Source: an uncultured Candidatus Saccharibacteria bacterium
GTDB lineage: Bacteria; Patescibacteriota; Saccharimonadia; Saccharimonadales; UBA7683
Assembly: GCA_964643895.1 (NCBI GenBank)
Contig: CAZXUE010000006.1
Coordinates: 5,989 to 44,604, forward strand
Direction: 5' to 3'
Length of the DNA stretch: 38,616 bases
A model generated the notes under the pieces. The model saw nothing but the letters and a program-made list of their open reading frames with translations. It had not been told where the DNA came from and did not search any database. The stretch's first letter is position 1. Every line of letters begins with the position of its first letter. Below, piece after piece: positions 26,260 through 33,097 of this stretch. Position numbers and translations under genes: made by a program.

Positions 26260-27785
26260 AAGACTATTTTCTCATGCTCAGCTGATTTTGTCTTATCGTC
26301 ATTCTTGCCAACTACTTGTTTTTTGTTTGACCCAAACGGCCACTGGAGAAACGCTGTAGCTTTTTTGGTCACCTTTTTACCCACTTTACGCATTCTTTTA
26401 TATGTAGTTGACGGATTTCGACCATGATCAAATTCGTGTTGACAGCCACGGCACACACTGCAAGGGCCAACATCAGTCCTGCCTGGACGAGTTGGACAAG
26501 CATTAACTCGACAAACCCCCTTAGACCACCGCCAGCTCTCTTTACCGAGCTTCAATAGCTTCGTCATTGGATCGACTTCTACTCCCATTTTTTGTGTTTC
26601 TTCAGCTGAAATGCTCATACCGCAGAATGAGACCGATTCTTCCAAAACACGGTTAGAGTCGAGTACCGCGGAAGCACCAGCATAATCTCCGGCAGCCGTT
26701 AGGTCACTGGCTCTCATAAAACCAACTGCAGCTTTTTCACCAAAACACCCTACTGCATATGAAGGGTCCATCACACAAATTGCTCTTAAAATATTTGCAA
26801 CTTCCTGCTTAAACTGCGTCTGATATTGCTTCTCGGTGATCAAGCCCTCATTTTTTAAGCTATCGAGGCGTTCGGTAAAGTCAGCCAATTGCTCAACGTA
26901 GCACTGTGCGACACGCTCACGCTCCGCAGATTCACGTTGCAAATCTCCGTACTCGCTTTGCTCAGCATGAGCCTGTTCACCGTATCGTATTCTTGCACCA
27001 TGATGCTGATCAAGTCGCTTTAGTAACCCCAGAACACCTTGGCTCATTTCGTGCATAAGCTGCGTGCCAAGCACCGATACATCAGCATGTTGGGCAGAAC
27101 GTAGATTTACTCCTGCTCCTATAAGAAAGTCGGATGAGCGGACTGCATCACTATTGCTGCGGCTCACCTGCTGTGAGATACGCGTAAATGTACCATCACA
27201 ATTATTTCGTAACCGGCTGCTGCGTAACATACCCTTCTTGTTTGATGGCCGGTAGCCTATAAGCTCGGCTGAGTTTTCGCTTATTGCCCCTTCGGCAATA
27301 AAGTCGGAGATGGTTGCAACCTCAAGGGTATCAGGCAACTCTCCTTCGGCAATTTTCAGCTCTACCGCCTGTATGGTGAGCTCCTCGCAGATCTCCATAA
27401 AGCGCCGACGCTGTTCGTGTGCCGGTAATCTATCGCTATATGCATTTAGGAGTACTGAGAGCATAGTTTGATGAATTTCATCAAGACTGCCTGTTGTTTC
27501 TACAACTGAAAGATGGCCAGAAGCGGTAAGCGCCTCAAATAATAACGTGCGGGCGTCATCGAGATAGGTTTTATGAGATTTGTATGAAGTTTCAATACGT
27601 GTATGATTTTCTATCAATTCATGGGCTTGCCGCTCTATCTGCACACGATCAAACAAATCATCCGCCCCAATTAACGGCTCCACTAGTTCAAAATTAGCGG
27701 CAATTTCAGCAAACGCTGCCGCTTCATTTTGCGGGAGCTTAAACTCATCCGTACCCACCCGGTCTGTTGTTAGTACCCTCTCCAC
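26256..27785 (-). CDS. hypothetical cytosolic protein with C-terminal Cys-rich zinc-ribbon-like motif and Lys-rich tail
   Basis: 509-aa ORF with a GTG start 7 nt after GGAG. It has no signal peptide or TM segment. The C-terminus reads CRVNACPTRPGRTDVGPCSVCRGCQHEF followed by KRMRKVGKKVTKK. No family recognised. Confidence 0.75.
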   Translation of the reverse strand: MERVLTTDRVGTDEFKLPQNEAAAFAEIAANFELVEPLIGADDLFDRVQIERQAHELIENHTRIETSYKSHKTYLDDARTLLFEALTASGHLSVVETTGSLDEIHQTMLSVLLNAYSDRLPAHEQRRRFMEICEELTIQAVELKIAEGELPDTLEVATISDFIAEGAISENSAELIGYRPSNKKGMLRSSRLRNNCDGTFTRISQQVSRSNSDAVRSSDFLIGAGVNLRSAQHADVSVLGTQLMHEMSQGVLGLLKRLDQHHGARIRYGEQAHAEQSEYGDLQRESAERERVAQCYVEQLADFTERLDSLKNEGLITEKQYQTQFKQEVANILRAICVMDPSYAVGCFGEKAAVGFMRASDLTAAGDYAGASAVLDSNRVLEESVSFCGMSISAEETQKMGVEVDPMTKLLKLGKESWRWSKGVCRVNACPTRPGRTDVGPCSVCRGCQHEFDHGRNPSTTYKRMRKVGKKVTKKATAFLQWPFGSNKKQVVGKNDDKTKSAEHEKIVL

Positions 27786-27960
27786 TAAAAAACTCCTGCT
27801 GTTGGTGTTATACCGTGCAGGAGTTATAAAAAGACAAACCCTTATTTTTTGACTTTTTGTTTTCTCCTGCTCGGGAGACCTTACAAGGCTTTAAGCGTAT
27901 CGGACTTTAACCGTTGCGGCACAGCGTTGGATTTTCACCAAACTTCCGCTTTAAACCAAG
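27786..27960 (-). promoter_or_regulatory. cobalamin (B12) riboswitch-like leader, compact form
   Basis: Aptamer at 27887-27957 (minus strand): GGUUUAAAGC-GGAAGUUUGGUGAAAAUCCAACGCUGUGCCGCAACGGUUAAAGUCCGAUAC-GCUUAAAGCC. By eye it matches the B12 core (GGAAG, GGUGAAAAUCC, and the B12-box-like GCCGCAACGG). A 10-position P1 helix closes it, and an antiterminator/terminator switch follows. Confidence 0.65.
27787..27825 (-). terminator. intrinsic terminator / SD-sequestering hairpin (expression platform of the leader)
   Basis: Minus-strand RNA AACUCCUGC-(17-nt loop)-GCAGGAGUU followed by UUUUA and then the GTG start. The GGAG SD sits in the 3' arm. Confidence 0.7.
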
Positions 27961-27981
27961 GTCAGATTGTTAACAATTCTT

Positions 27982-28010
27982 ATTGTACGCTTGGCATAGC
28001 GTAGACGCAA
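27982..28010 (-). promoter_or_regulatory. sigma70-like promoter for the riboswitch-led operon
   Basis: On the minus strand, TTGCGT (28010-28005), a 17-nt spacer, then TACAAT (27987-27982), about 25 nt upstream of the aptamer P1. Confidence 0.55.
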
Positions 28011-28066
28011 GCATTTTGTACGCTAGAGAGTATTATTTGTCGAAATGAATATGCTTATGATAAAGT

Positions 28067-28414
28067 GTGAGCATGGCTACAAAAAAGAAGAACCCCATGG
28101 CACTGACACAAAAAGCTCGTAAAATCATGAGGGGTGATATCACCCGAAGCGTGGCAATCACCTCAATACTCTTGAATGTATTATTCTTGATTAGTATTTT
28201 CGTGATTACCAGTACTGACACATTTGATCGCCGTGTCTATATATCGGCTCGCGATCGCTACTGTGCCAACAATGTGGCTACCGAAGAACGAGCACAAGAA
28301 CTCGGTGATAGCAGCGCAGCTGTACGCGAACGACAGATTGACTGTATTGGCCCAGATTTCCGACCGTTTTACAAAGAGGCGGTTGATAAATACCGAGCGC
28401 AGACCGCTCAGTAA
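28067..28414 (+). CDS. hypothetical membrane-anchored protein
   Basis: 115-aa ORF with one TM segment (ITSILLNVLFLISIFVI). The start is GTG 28067 or ATG 28073. Confidence 0.6.
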   Translation: MSMATKKKNPMALTQKARKIMRGDITRSVAITSILLNVLFLISIFVITSTDTFDRRVYISARDRYCANNVATEERAQELGDSSAAVRERQIDCIGPDFRPFYKEAVDKYRAQTAQ

Positions 28415-28432
28415 GCCAAGATTTTTCGTCTT

Positions 28433-28882
28433 TTACTTTTTGCGTGATCTTATTTTTTCGTGGATATCCCGAAATTGACCTTGGAGTTCATCAAGTTCTG
28501 CATCGGTCAAGTCTTCAACATCGACAAATTCAGAACGCGCACTCCGGCTTGCATTGATTAGTTCATCAAGTTTGAGCTGCATGGCCCGGCCATCACGGTT
28601 TTGCGTATTTTGAATTACAAACACCATCAAAAAAGTGACGATGGTGGTGCCAGTATTAATAACCAGCTGCCAAGTATTTGAAAAGCTGAAAATTGGACCA
28701 GAAACACCCCATACTAAAATAGCGAGAACAGCGATATAAAAAGCAGTCGCACTCCCAAGCTTATTAGATATTTTTACTGAAACTTTATGAAAGGAATCTG
28801 CCTTAGATCTTGGCTTCTTTTTCGCATCAGCATCATGATGACGAACAACAAGTACTTTTAGGCGCTTGAGCTTTGTTTCCAT
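28433..28882 (-). CDS. low-affinity iron permease family protein
   Basis: FSNTWQLVINTGTTIVTFLMVFVIQNTQNRDGRAMQLKLDELI matches the conserved core of the low-affinity iron permease (Fet4-like bacterial) family as I recall it. Confidence 0.7.
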   Translation of the reverse strand: METKLKRLKVLVVRHHDADAKKKPRSKADSFHKVSVKISNKLGSATAFYIAVLAILVWGVSGPIFSFSNTWQLVINTGTTIVTFLMVFVIQNTQNRDGRAMQLKLDELINASRSARSEFVDVEDLTDAELDELQGQFRDIHEKIRSRKK

Positions 28883-29095
28883 GCTTGTAGTATGCCATAG
28901 ATGTGCACATTTTACATTATCCTGTGCCCAGAATAACTGGGTTTAAGATCTTTTGCTCACTATGAGAATATTCCTTAAACTCTAGACTTGGCACTGCTGA
29001 TTACTGGACATGTACTTGTTTATACCATTTGGCCCAAAGTTAAGGAGTTTTTAATATTTCTGTTGTACTATTTACGTAGAATTTACAGGTAAAAA

Positions 29096-29776
29096 ATGAA
29101 GATACTTCTTGCTGAAAACAACAGGTCTATCATTAAGCATATACAAAACTTGCTACGCAAAGAGTATGTTATTGATCTGGCACGGAGCGCCAAGGAAACA
29201 ACTGTTCAAGCAACCCTCTTCGAGTATCGTCTTATTATTGTAGGCCTTGATTTACCAGATGAGAATGGCTCAGAAGCATATAAGTTCATTCGTAAAAATT
29301 ACGTGAAAACTCCTATTCTGGCACTGGTTAATAACGCTACCCTAGGAACTATCGTTACTGCACTCGATAGTGGAGCTGATAGCTGCCTTTCGAGACCCTT
29401 TCATCCGACTGAGCTCAAGGCTCGAGTGCAAGCCCTGATGCGCCGTCAGCCATTTGCCTATGTGGACGACTTAATACGAATTGGCAACCTTGAAATCGAC
29501 ACCCGACAACGTCAAGTACAAAAAGACGGCATTATCATATCACTCAGGCGTAAAGAGTTTGATATTCTTCTCTACCTTGCCCGAAATCGCGGCCGGATTA
29601 TCTCTCGCAACATGATTATCAACCATGTTTGGGATGTACAACGTGAAAGCTGGGATGGCACTGTTGATGTTCATATTATGCACCTTCGCAATAAAATTGA
29701 TCGGCCATTTAACGACTCTTCAATTAAAACAGCCTATGGAATCGGTTACATAATTGATGACACTAAGAATAATTGA
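29096..29776 (+). CDS. OmpR-family response regulator, atypical receiver, orphan
   Basis: Receiver domain plus winged-helix output (LRRKEFDILLYLARNRGRIISR...VDVHIMHLRNKI). The acidic pocket DD reads EN, the conserved T reads V, and the K of KPF reads R (SRPF). No histidine kinase gene lies in the window. Confidence 0.8.
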   Translation: MKILLAENNRSIIKHIQNLLRKEYVIDLARSAKETTVQATLFEYRLIIVGLDLPDENGSEAYKFIRKNYVKTPILALVNNATLGTIVTALDSGADSCLSRPFHPTELKARVQALMRRQPFAYVDDLIRIGNLEIDTRQRQVQKDGIIISLRRKEFDILLYLARNRGRIISRNMIINHVWDVQRESWDGTVDVHIMHLRNKIDRPFNDSSIKTAYGIGYIIDDTKNN

Positions 29777-29795
29777 GGAATTCAGCTTAACTGTA

Positions 29796-29818
29796 AAAAC
29801 TGATGTATCAGTTTTATT
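29796..29818 (+). terminator. weak AT-rich hairpin terminator after the response regulator gene
   Basis: AAAACTGA-TGTA-TCAGTTTT followed by ATT. The stem is AT-rich, so the call is weak. Confidence 0.35.
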
Positions 29819-29944
29819 GAGCTTTTCGACCTGGGTCATATAATTCTCAAAATGGAGGCTCTCAAGGCTAACGACGGATCACAAAAAGTCTATGATTTAT
29901 GGCTATGCCGACGTATGCGTATAAATACACTGTCGCCAGTACCG

Positions 29945-30361
29945 CTAGTCTGCTTCATTTTTAGCTTCAGAGACGATCGGCGCCACATTAATAATCTGGT
30001 TGTTGCTTTGCCGGTAAATCACCGCTTTGCCGGTGTACATTAAGAGGTAGTCGCCTCTTGCAACATCTTGGTAAAAGTCCGGATTGGCTTTTTTAAGCCG
30101 CGGCACATCACTGACTTCAATCACCGTGGGGTCGCTGTCTTCTGGGAGCAAGAGGATCTTTTCTACCTGGGCAATGACCTTACTGGCTTCATCAGCTTTG
30201 TTCTTACTACGAGTAATGATGCTCGGGACAGCAAATGATATTACCAGCACAACCGCCAGAATCGTCCCGCCAATACCAAAAAGTTTTTTATTTGAAAGTG
30301 TGGTCTGCTTGGTTTGTTTTTCTGGCTGTGAAACGGTGATCTTCTTTTTTGTGCTTGCCAT
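29945..30361 (-). CDS. hypothetical membrane-anchored protein
   Basis: One TM segment (LFGIGGTILAVVLVISFAV). I prefer ATG 30361 (MASTKKK), 1 nt after the upstream stop; the ORF track starts at 30373. It is co-oriented and coupled with the tail-collar gene. Confidence 0.6.
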   Translation of the reverse strand: MASTKKKITVSQPEKQTKQTTLSNKKLFGIGGTILAVVLVISFAVPSIITRSKNKADEASKVIAQVEKILLLPEDSDPTVIEVSDVPRLKKANPDFYQDVARGDYLLMYTGKAVIYRQSNNQIINVAPIVSEAKNEAD

Positions 30362-30362
30362 A

Positions 30363-31691
30363 TTACAAACCAAGGTAAATAAACATATTAACGCTGAGTG
30401 AACGCGGAGTAATGCTGAGTTGTTGCTGCGCTACATTGCCATTGATGGAGTCGGTCGTGATCGTATGTGAGTGGTCGCCAGCCGAGGCTGTTGAACCCCC
30501 ATTAGTGGTAGGATACTGTGTAGCGGGCGGATGATCTACACCCTGCACCGGCCACACAGACCAGTTACCATTAGTAGGATCGGTATAGTTGTGGCTGTGT
30601 GCACCATTTGTACTCGTGCTACCACCTAACGTAAAGTTTGGCAGTTGATTACGTGCTATGGTGCGGCTATTGCTGCTTGTGATTGAACCAATCGCCTGCC
30701 CGTTTTGTACCAGAAAGGCACTGTCAGCATTTGGCAAGCCACCCGTTAAGCCAAGGGCTTCGGCAGCAACTTTCTGCTCTTCAGTTAAATCGTCTAGGCT
30801 GCGGCCGTCGAGCAGCACCCAGCCGCCATGATCAACTGTTTGCATACCGCTTTTGACATCACCCACTGAGATGCCCGTACCGCAGGTCCAGTCGCTGCCG
30901 CTGTATTTTATAATCTGACCTCCTTGGCAGTCGTTATCGTTCAGATCTGCAAACAAAATGGTGCCATCGGCAATTTTATCAGTAGTAATGGCGTTATTTG
31001 AGATCTTTATATTCGTTACACTTCCTTCTGCAAGCTTCGCAGTTACAATATTTCCATCAGCTACTTTTGCGGTTGTAACATTCTGGTCGGCAATCTTATC
31101 AGTCGTGATTGCACTATCCTCTACCTCTGAGTTACCGATACTTGTACCGAGTGTTGCAGCAATCACCCGCGAACCGGAAACCGTGATGCCGGTGCCAGCG
31201 TAGTAGTCTGCCAGTCCCAGCATGGGTGCCAAATCAACCGTTGCACCATTTGCCAGGGTCATGGTTTTACCATCAATTCTCACACCCGCTTCGGCACTAC
31301 CGAGCGGGTTGCCGTCCTCGTCCGTCATAACCCCAAGTTTTGAAAGATCGAGTGAATAACTCTTACCGTTTTCTCCCTTAACCGTCAAACTAGTGCCATC
31401 GCCCGAAAGATCAAACTGCGAAACCCCGCCGGCTTTTTGGGTAGCCACAAAATCAGCTATCTCTCCTAAATCCAGATTAATCAGGCGTCCGCTGGCATCA
31501 GTAAAGCTGGCCTTCCCATTAGGCGCCATACCAGAAAGCTTACCGCACAATTTGCTTACCCCCAGGACTTTGGCAAGTAATGAGTCGCTACATTGGTTCT
31601 TTACCACGATCACCGAAGCTAGCAAAGGTATAATTAATAAACCTGCAATTCCAGCAATAACAATATTCTTTTGTTTTGTATTCACTTTCAC
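30363..31691 (-). CDS. membrane-anchored surface protein with tail-fibre-like repeats and C-terminal phage tail-collar (MdpB-like) domain
   Basis: N-terminal anchor IVIAGIAGLLIIPLLASVIVV. 11-residue repeats ITTDKIADQNVTTAKVADGNIVTAKLAEGSVTNIKISNNAITTDKIADG. Collar-like WVLLDGRSL...LPNADSAFLV...LPNFTLGG..GAHSH...GDHSH...NMFIYLG. The GTG at 31685 has better spacing from GGAGGAG than the track start at 31691. Confidence 0.7.
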   Translation of the reverse strand: MKVNTKQKNIVIAGIAGLLIIPLLASVIVVKNQCSDSLLAKVLGVSKLCGKLSGMAPNGKASFTDASGRLINLDLGEIADFVATQKAGGVSQFDLSGDGTSLTVKGENGKSYSLDLSKLGVMTDEDGNPLGSAEAGVRIDGKTMTLANGATVDLAPMLGLADYYAGTGITVSGSRVIAATLGTSIGNSEVEDSAITTDKIADQNVTTAKVADGNIVTAKLAEGSVTNIKISNNAITTDKIADGTILFADLNDNDCQGGQIIKYSGSDWTCGTGISVGDVKSGMQTVDHGGWVLLDGRSLDDLTEEQKVAAEALGLTGGLPNADSAFLVQNGQAIGSITSSNSRTIARNQLPNFTLGGSTSTNGAHSHNYTDPTNGNWSVWPVQGVDHPPATQYPTTNGGSTASAGDHSHTITTDSINGNVAQQQLSITPRSLSVNMFIYLGL

Positions 31692-31772
31692 ACTCCTCCG
31701 CTTGAAACTTCTTTTGCTTATATAATAGTTGAGTCATTTTGCCAAAAGTAGTAGTTTAGTTGGGTTTATTTT

Positions 31773-31788
31773 TGTGAAGTATTTCACA
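31773..31788. promoter_or_regulatory. perfect CRP/FNR-type operator TGTGA-N6-TCACA
   Basis: TGTGAagtattTCACA lies in the 128-nt divergent intergenic region. Its centre is about 40 nt upstream of the Crp/Fnr gene ATG and about 90 nt upstream of the tail-collar gene start. Confidence 0.7.
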
Positions 31789-31819
31789 AAAAAGGAAAAT
31801 ACGGTATGTTAAATGGTAT

Positions 31820-32479
31820 ATGTTGGATTATATTGAAGTACCTGAAACTATAAAAACGTTTTTTGAAACGAATGGGCAGAGGTTAGAATACGACAAAAAA
31901 CAGGTGTTTGTTCGTGCCGATGATCCACAACCTTGGATCTACTATTTATCCGAGGGGATCGTTGAGGCAGCGTACTCGTTTGATAACGGCGTTGAGCGGT
32001 TACTTGGCTACTTTATCCCCCACGTCATCTTCTCACAAAACCGGCTGTTCCACCCCGAAGATGAAGGCGATCTACGGTACACCGCGATTGAAAAATCAAC
32101 CGTGCTTCGTATACATCGAGATGTGTTCTTACAACAACTGGCCATGGACCACACCTTCACACGCGAGTATCTTAAAAACACCCTGCTCATGCGAATTTTT
32201 ACCACCGATTTAGTCATTTACCTCGGCGAAGGCCACATCCGCAACCGCTGCATTCGCTGGCTACTCTTGATGGCAAAATACTATGGCGTGCCAGCAAAAA
32301 ACGGCACTGAAATCATTGTACCGTTCACCCAAGATACTATTGCAAACTTTCTCCACGCCAGCCGGGAAAGTGTCAGCAAAACGCTCCGTGAGTTCATCCG
32401 AAGCAGCCATATCAGTATCACCAAAAAACGAATTACCATTACCAATCTTGCTCAGCTAAAAAGCTTGCTGGAATATTAA
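31820..32479 (+). CDS. Crp/Fnr-family transcriptional regulator
   Basis: N-terminal cNMP-binding-like beta-roll and the C-terminal HTH TQDTIANFLHASRESVSKTLREF. The R-E pair matches the CRP recognition-helix positions that read TGTGA. Confidence 0.8.
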   Translation: MLDYIEVPETIKTFFETNGQRLEYDKKQVFVRADDPQPWIYYLSEGIVEAAYSFDNGVERLLGYFIPHVIFSQNRLFHPEDEGDLRYTAIEKSTVLRIHRDVFLQQLAMDHTFTREYLKNTLLMRIFTTDLVIYLGEGHIRNRCIRWLLLMAKYYGVPAKNGTEIIVPFTQDTIANFLHASRESVSKTLREFIRSSHISITKKRITITNLAQLKSLLEY

Positions 32480-32508
32480 AGACTATTAATATACGTTATC
32501 ATAAAGGC

Positions 32509-32817
32509 ATGGCTCTAAAAATTTCTCAAGGGACAGTTCACACGCTGCCGCAAGATTTGCGAGCGGCACTTAATGCTGATAAAAAAGTTTTAACACTGTG
32601 GGAAGATATCACTCCGTTGGCTCGTAATGAATTCATCTGCTGGGTTGAAAATGCCAAAGCAGTTGAAACCAGGACTCGTAGAATTAAGCGAACCGGAGAA
32701 GAACTCCTAGAAGGCAAACGTCGCCCATGCTGCTGGATCGGCTGCGTTCACCGCGCAGACAAAGCAATCAGCCCCACTCAAAAGTGGGTACTTGGTAGAA
32801 CGTCTAAAACTGCCTAG
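32509..32817 (+). CDS. YdeI/OmpD-associated family protein
   Basis: 102 aa. LTLWEDITPLARNEFICWVENAKAVETRTRRIKRTGEELLEGKRRPCCW is typical of the YdeI/OmdA domain. Confidence 0.7.
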   Translation: MALKISQGTVHTLPQDLRAALNADKKVLTLWEDITPLARNEFICWVENAKAVETRTRRIKRTGEELLEGKRRPCCWIGCVHRADKAISPTQKWVLGRTSKTA

Positions 32818-32960
32818 TCTGAGTCGCGGACATTAGCGATGGATCGGATTTAGAATTTGATCAACCCCCCACTTTTAGCTAGGCGGCTTTACTTGGTTTA
32901 AAACAGGGCCTAATCCGACTGCTAGCGGGGCAACTGTTAGCGCAAGAGATACTGGTAAGT

Positions 32961-32996
32961 GAAAATCCCGGTGTTCGAGAGATCCCCCGAACCACC
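32961..32996 (-). terminator. possible weak terminator of the adhesin gene
   Basis: Hairpin GGTGGTTCG-(10-nt loop)-CGAACACC on the minus strand, followed by GGGAUUUUCA, about 80 nt after the stop at 33077. Confidence 0.3.
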
Positions 32997-33070
32997 GTTG
33001 GTTGTGTATGCGACAAGCTATGCGCCAAGACCAACGGAATCAACAATGTTAGCGTGAATACTTACCGGAA

Positions 33071-33097
33071 TTTGGTTCAACTATCTTGTTTTGGCTC
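33071..33097. repeat. 27-nt direct repeat, copy A (covers the last 6 codons, stop and 6 nt of 3' UTR of the adhesin gene)
   Basis: TTTGGTTCAACTATCTtGTtTTGGCTC matches copy B at 35239-35265 in 25 of 27 positions. Confidence 0.85.

Noticed and set aside
27901-27912. AAAGUCCG in the leader resembles the RNase P RNA CR-I motif (GAGGAAAGUCCGGGC).
   Set aside because: Only 8 nt match. The intergenic region (281 nt) lacks the other universally conserved RNase P blocks. The surrounding sequence fits the B12 aptamer core much better.
32940-33060. A second B12-like core on the plus strand (GUAAGUGAAAAUCCCGG ... CCCCCGAACCACCGUUGG) lies in the 259-nt gap between ydeI-like and the adhesin gene. It also loosely resembles the ykkC GGUCCGAGAG motif.
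   Set aside because: I could find no closing P1 helix. The GUGAAAAUCC loop is expanded relative to the consensus. No plus-strand gene lies downstream, since the next 2 kb is a minus-strand CDS. On the minus strand the same hairpin followed by AUUUUC is more simply a weak terminator of the adhesin gene. It is still worth including in a cmscan run.
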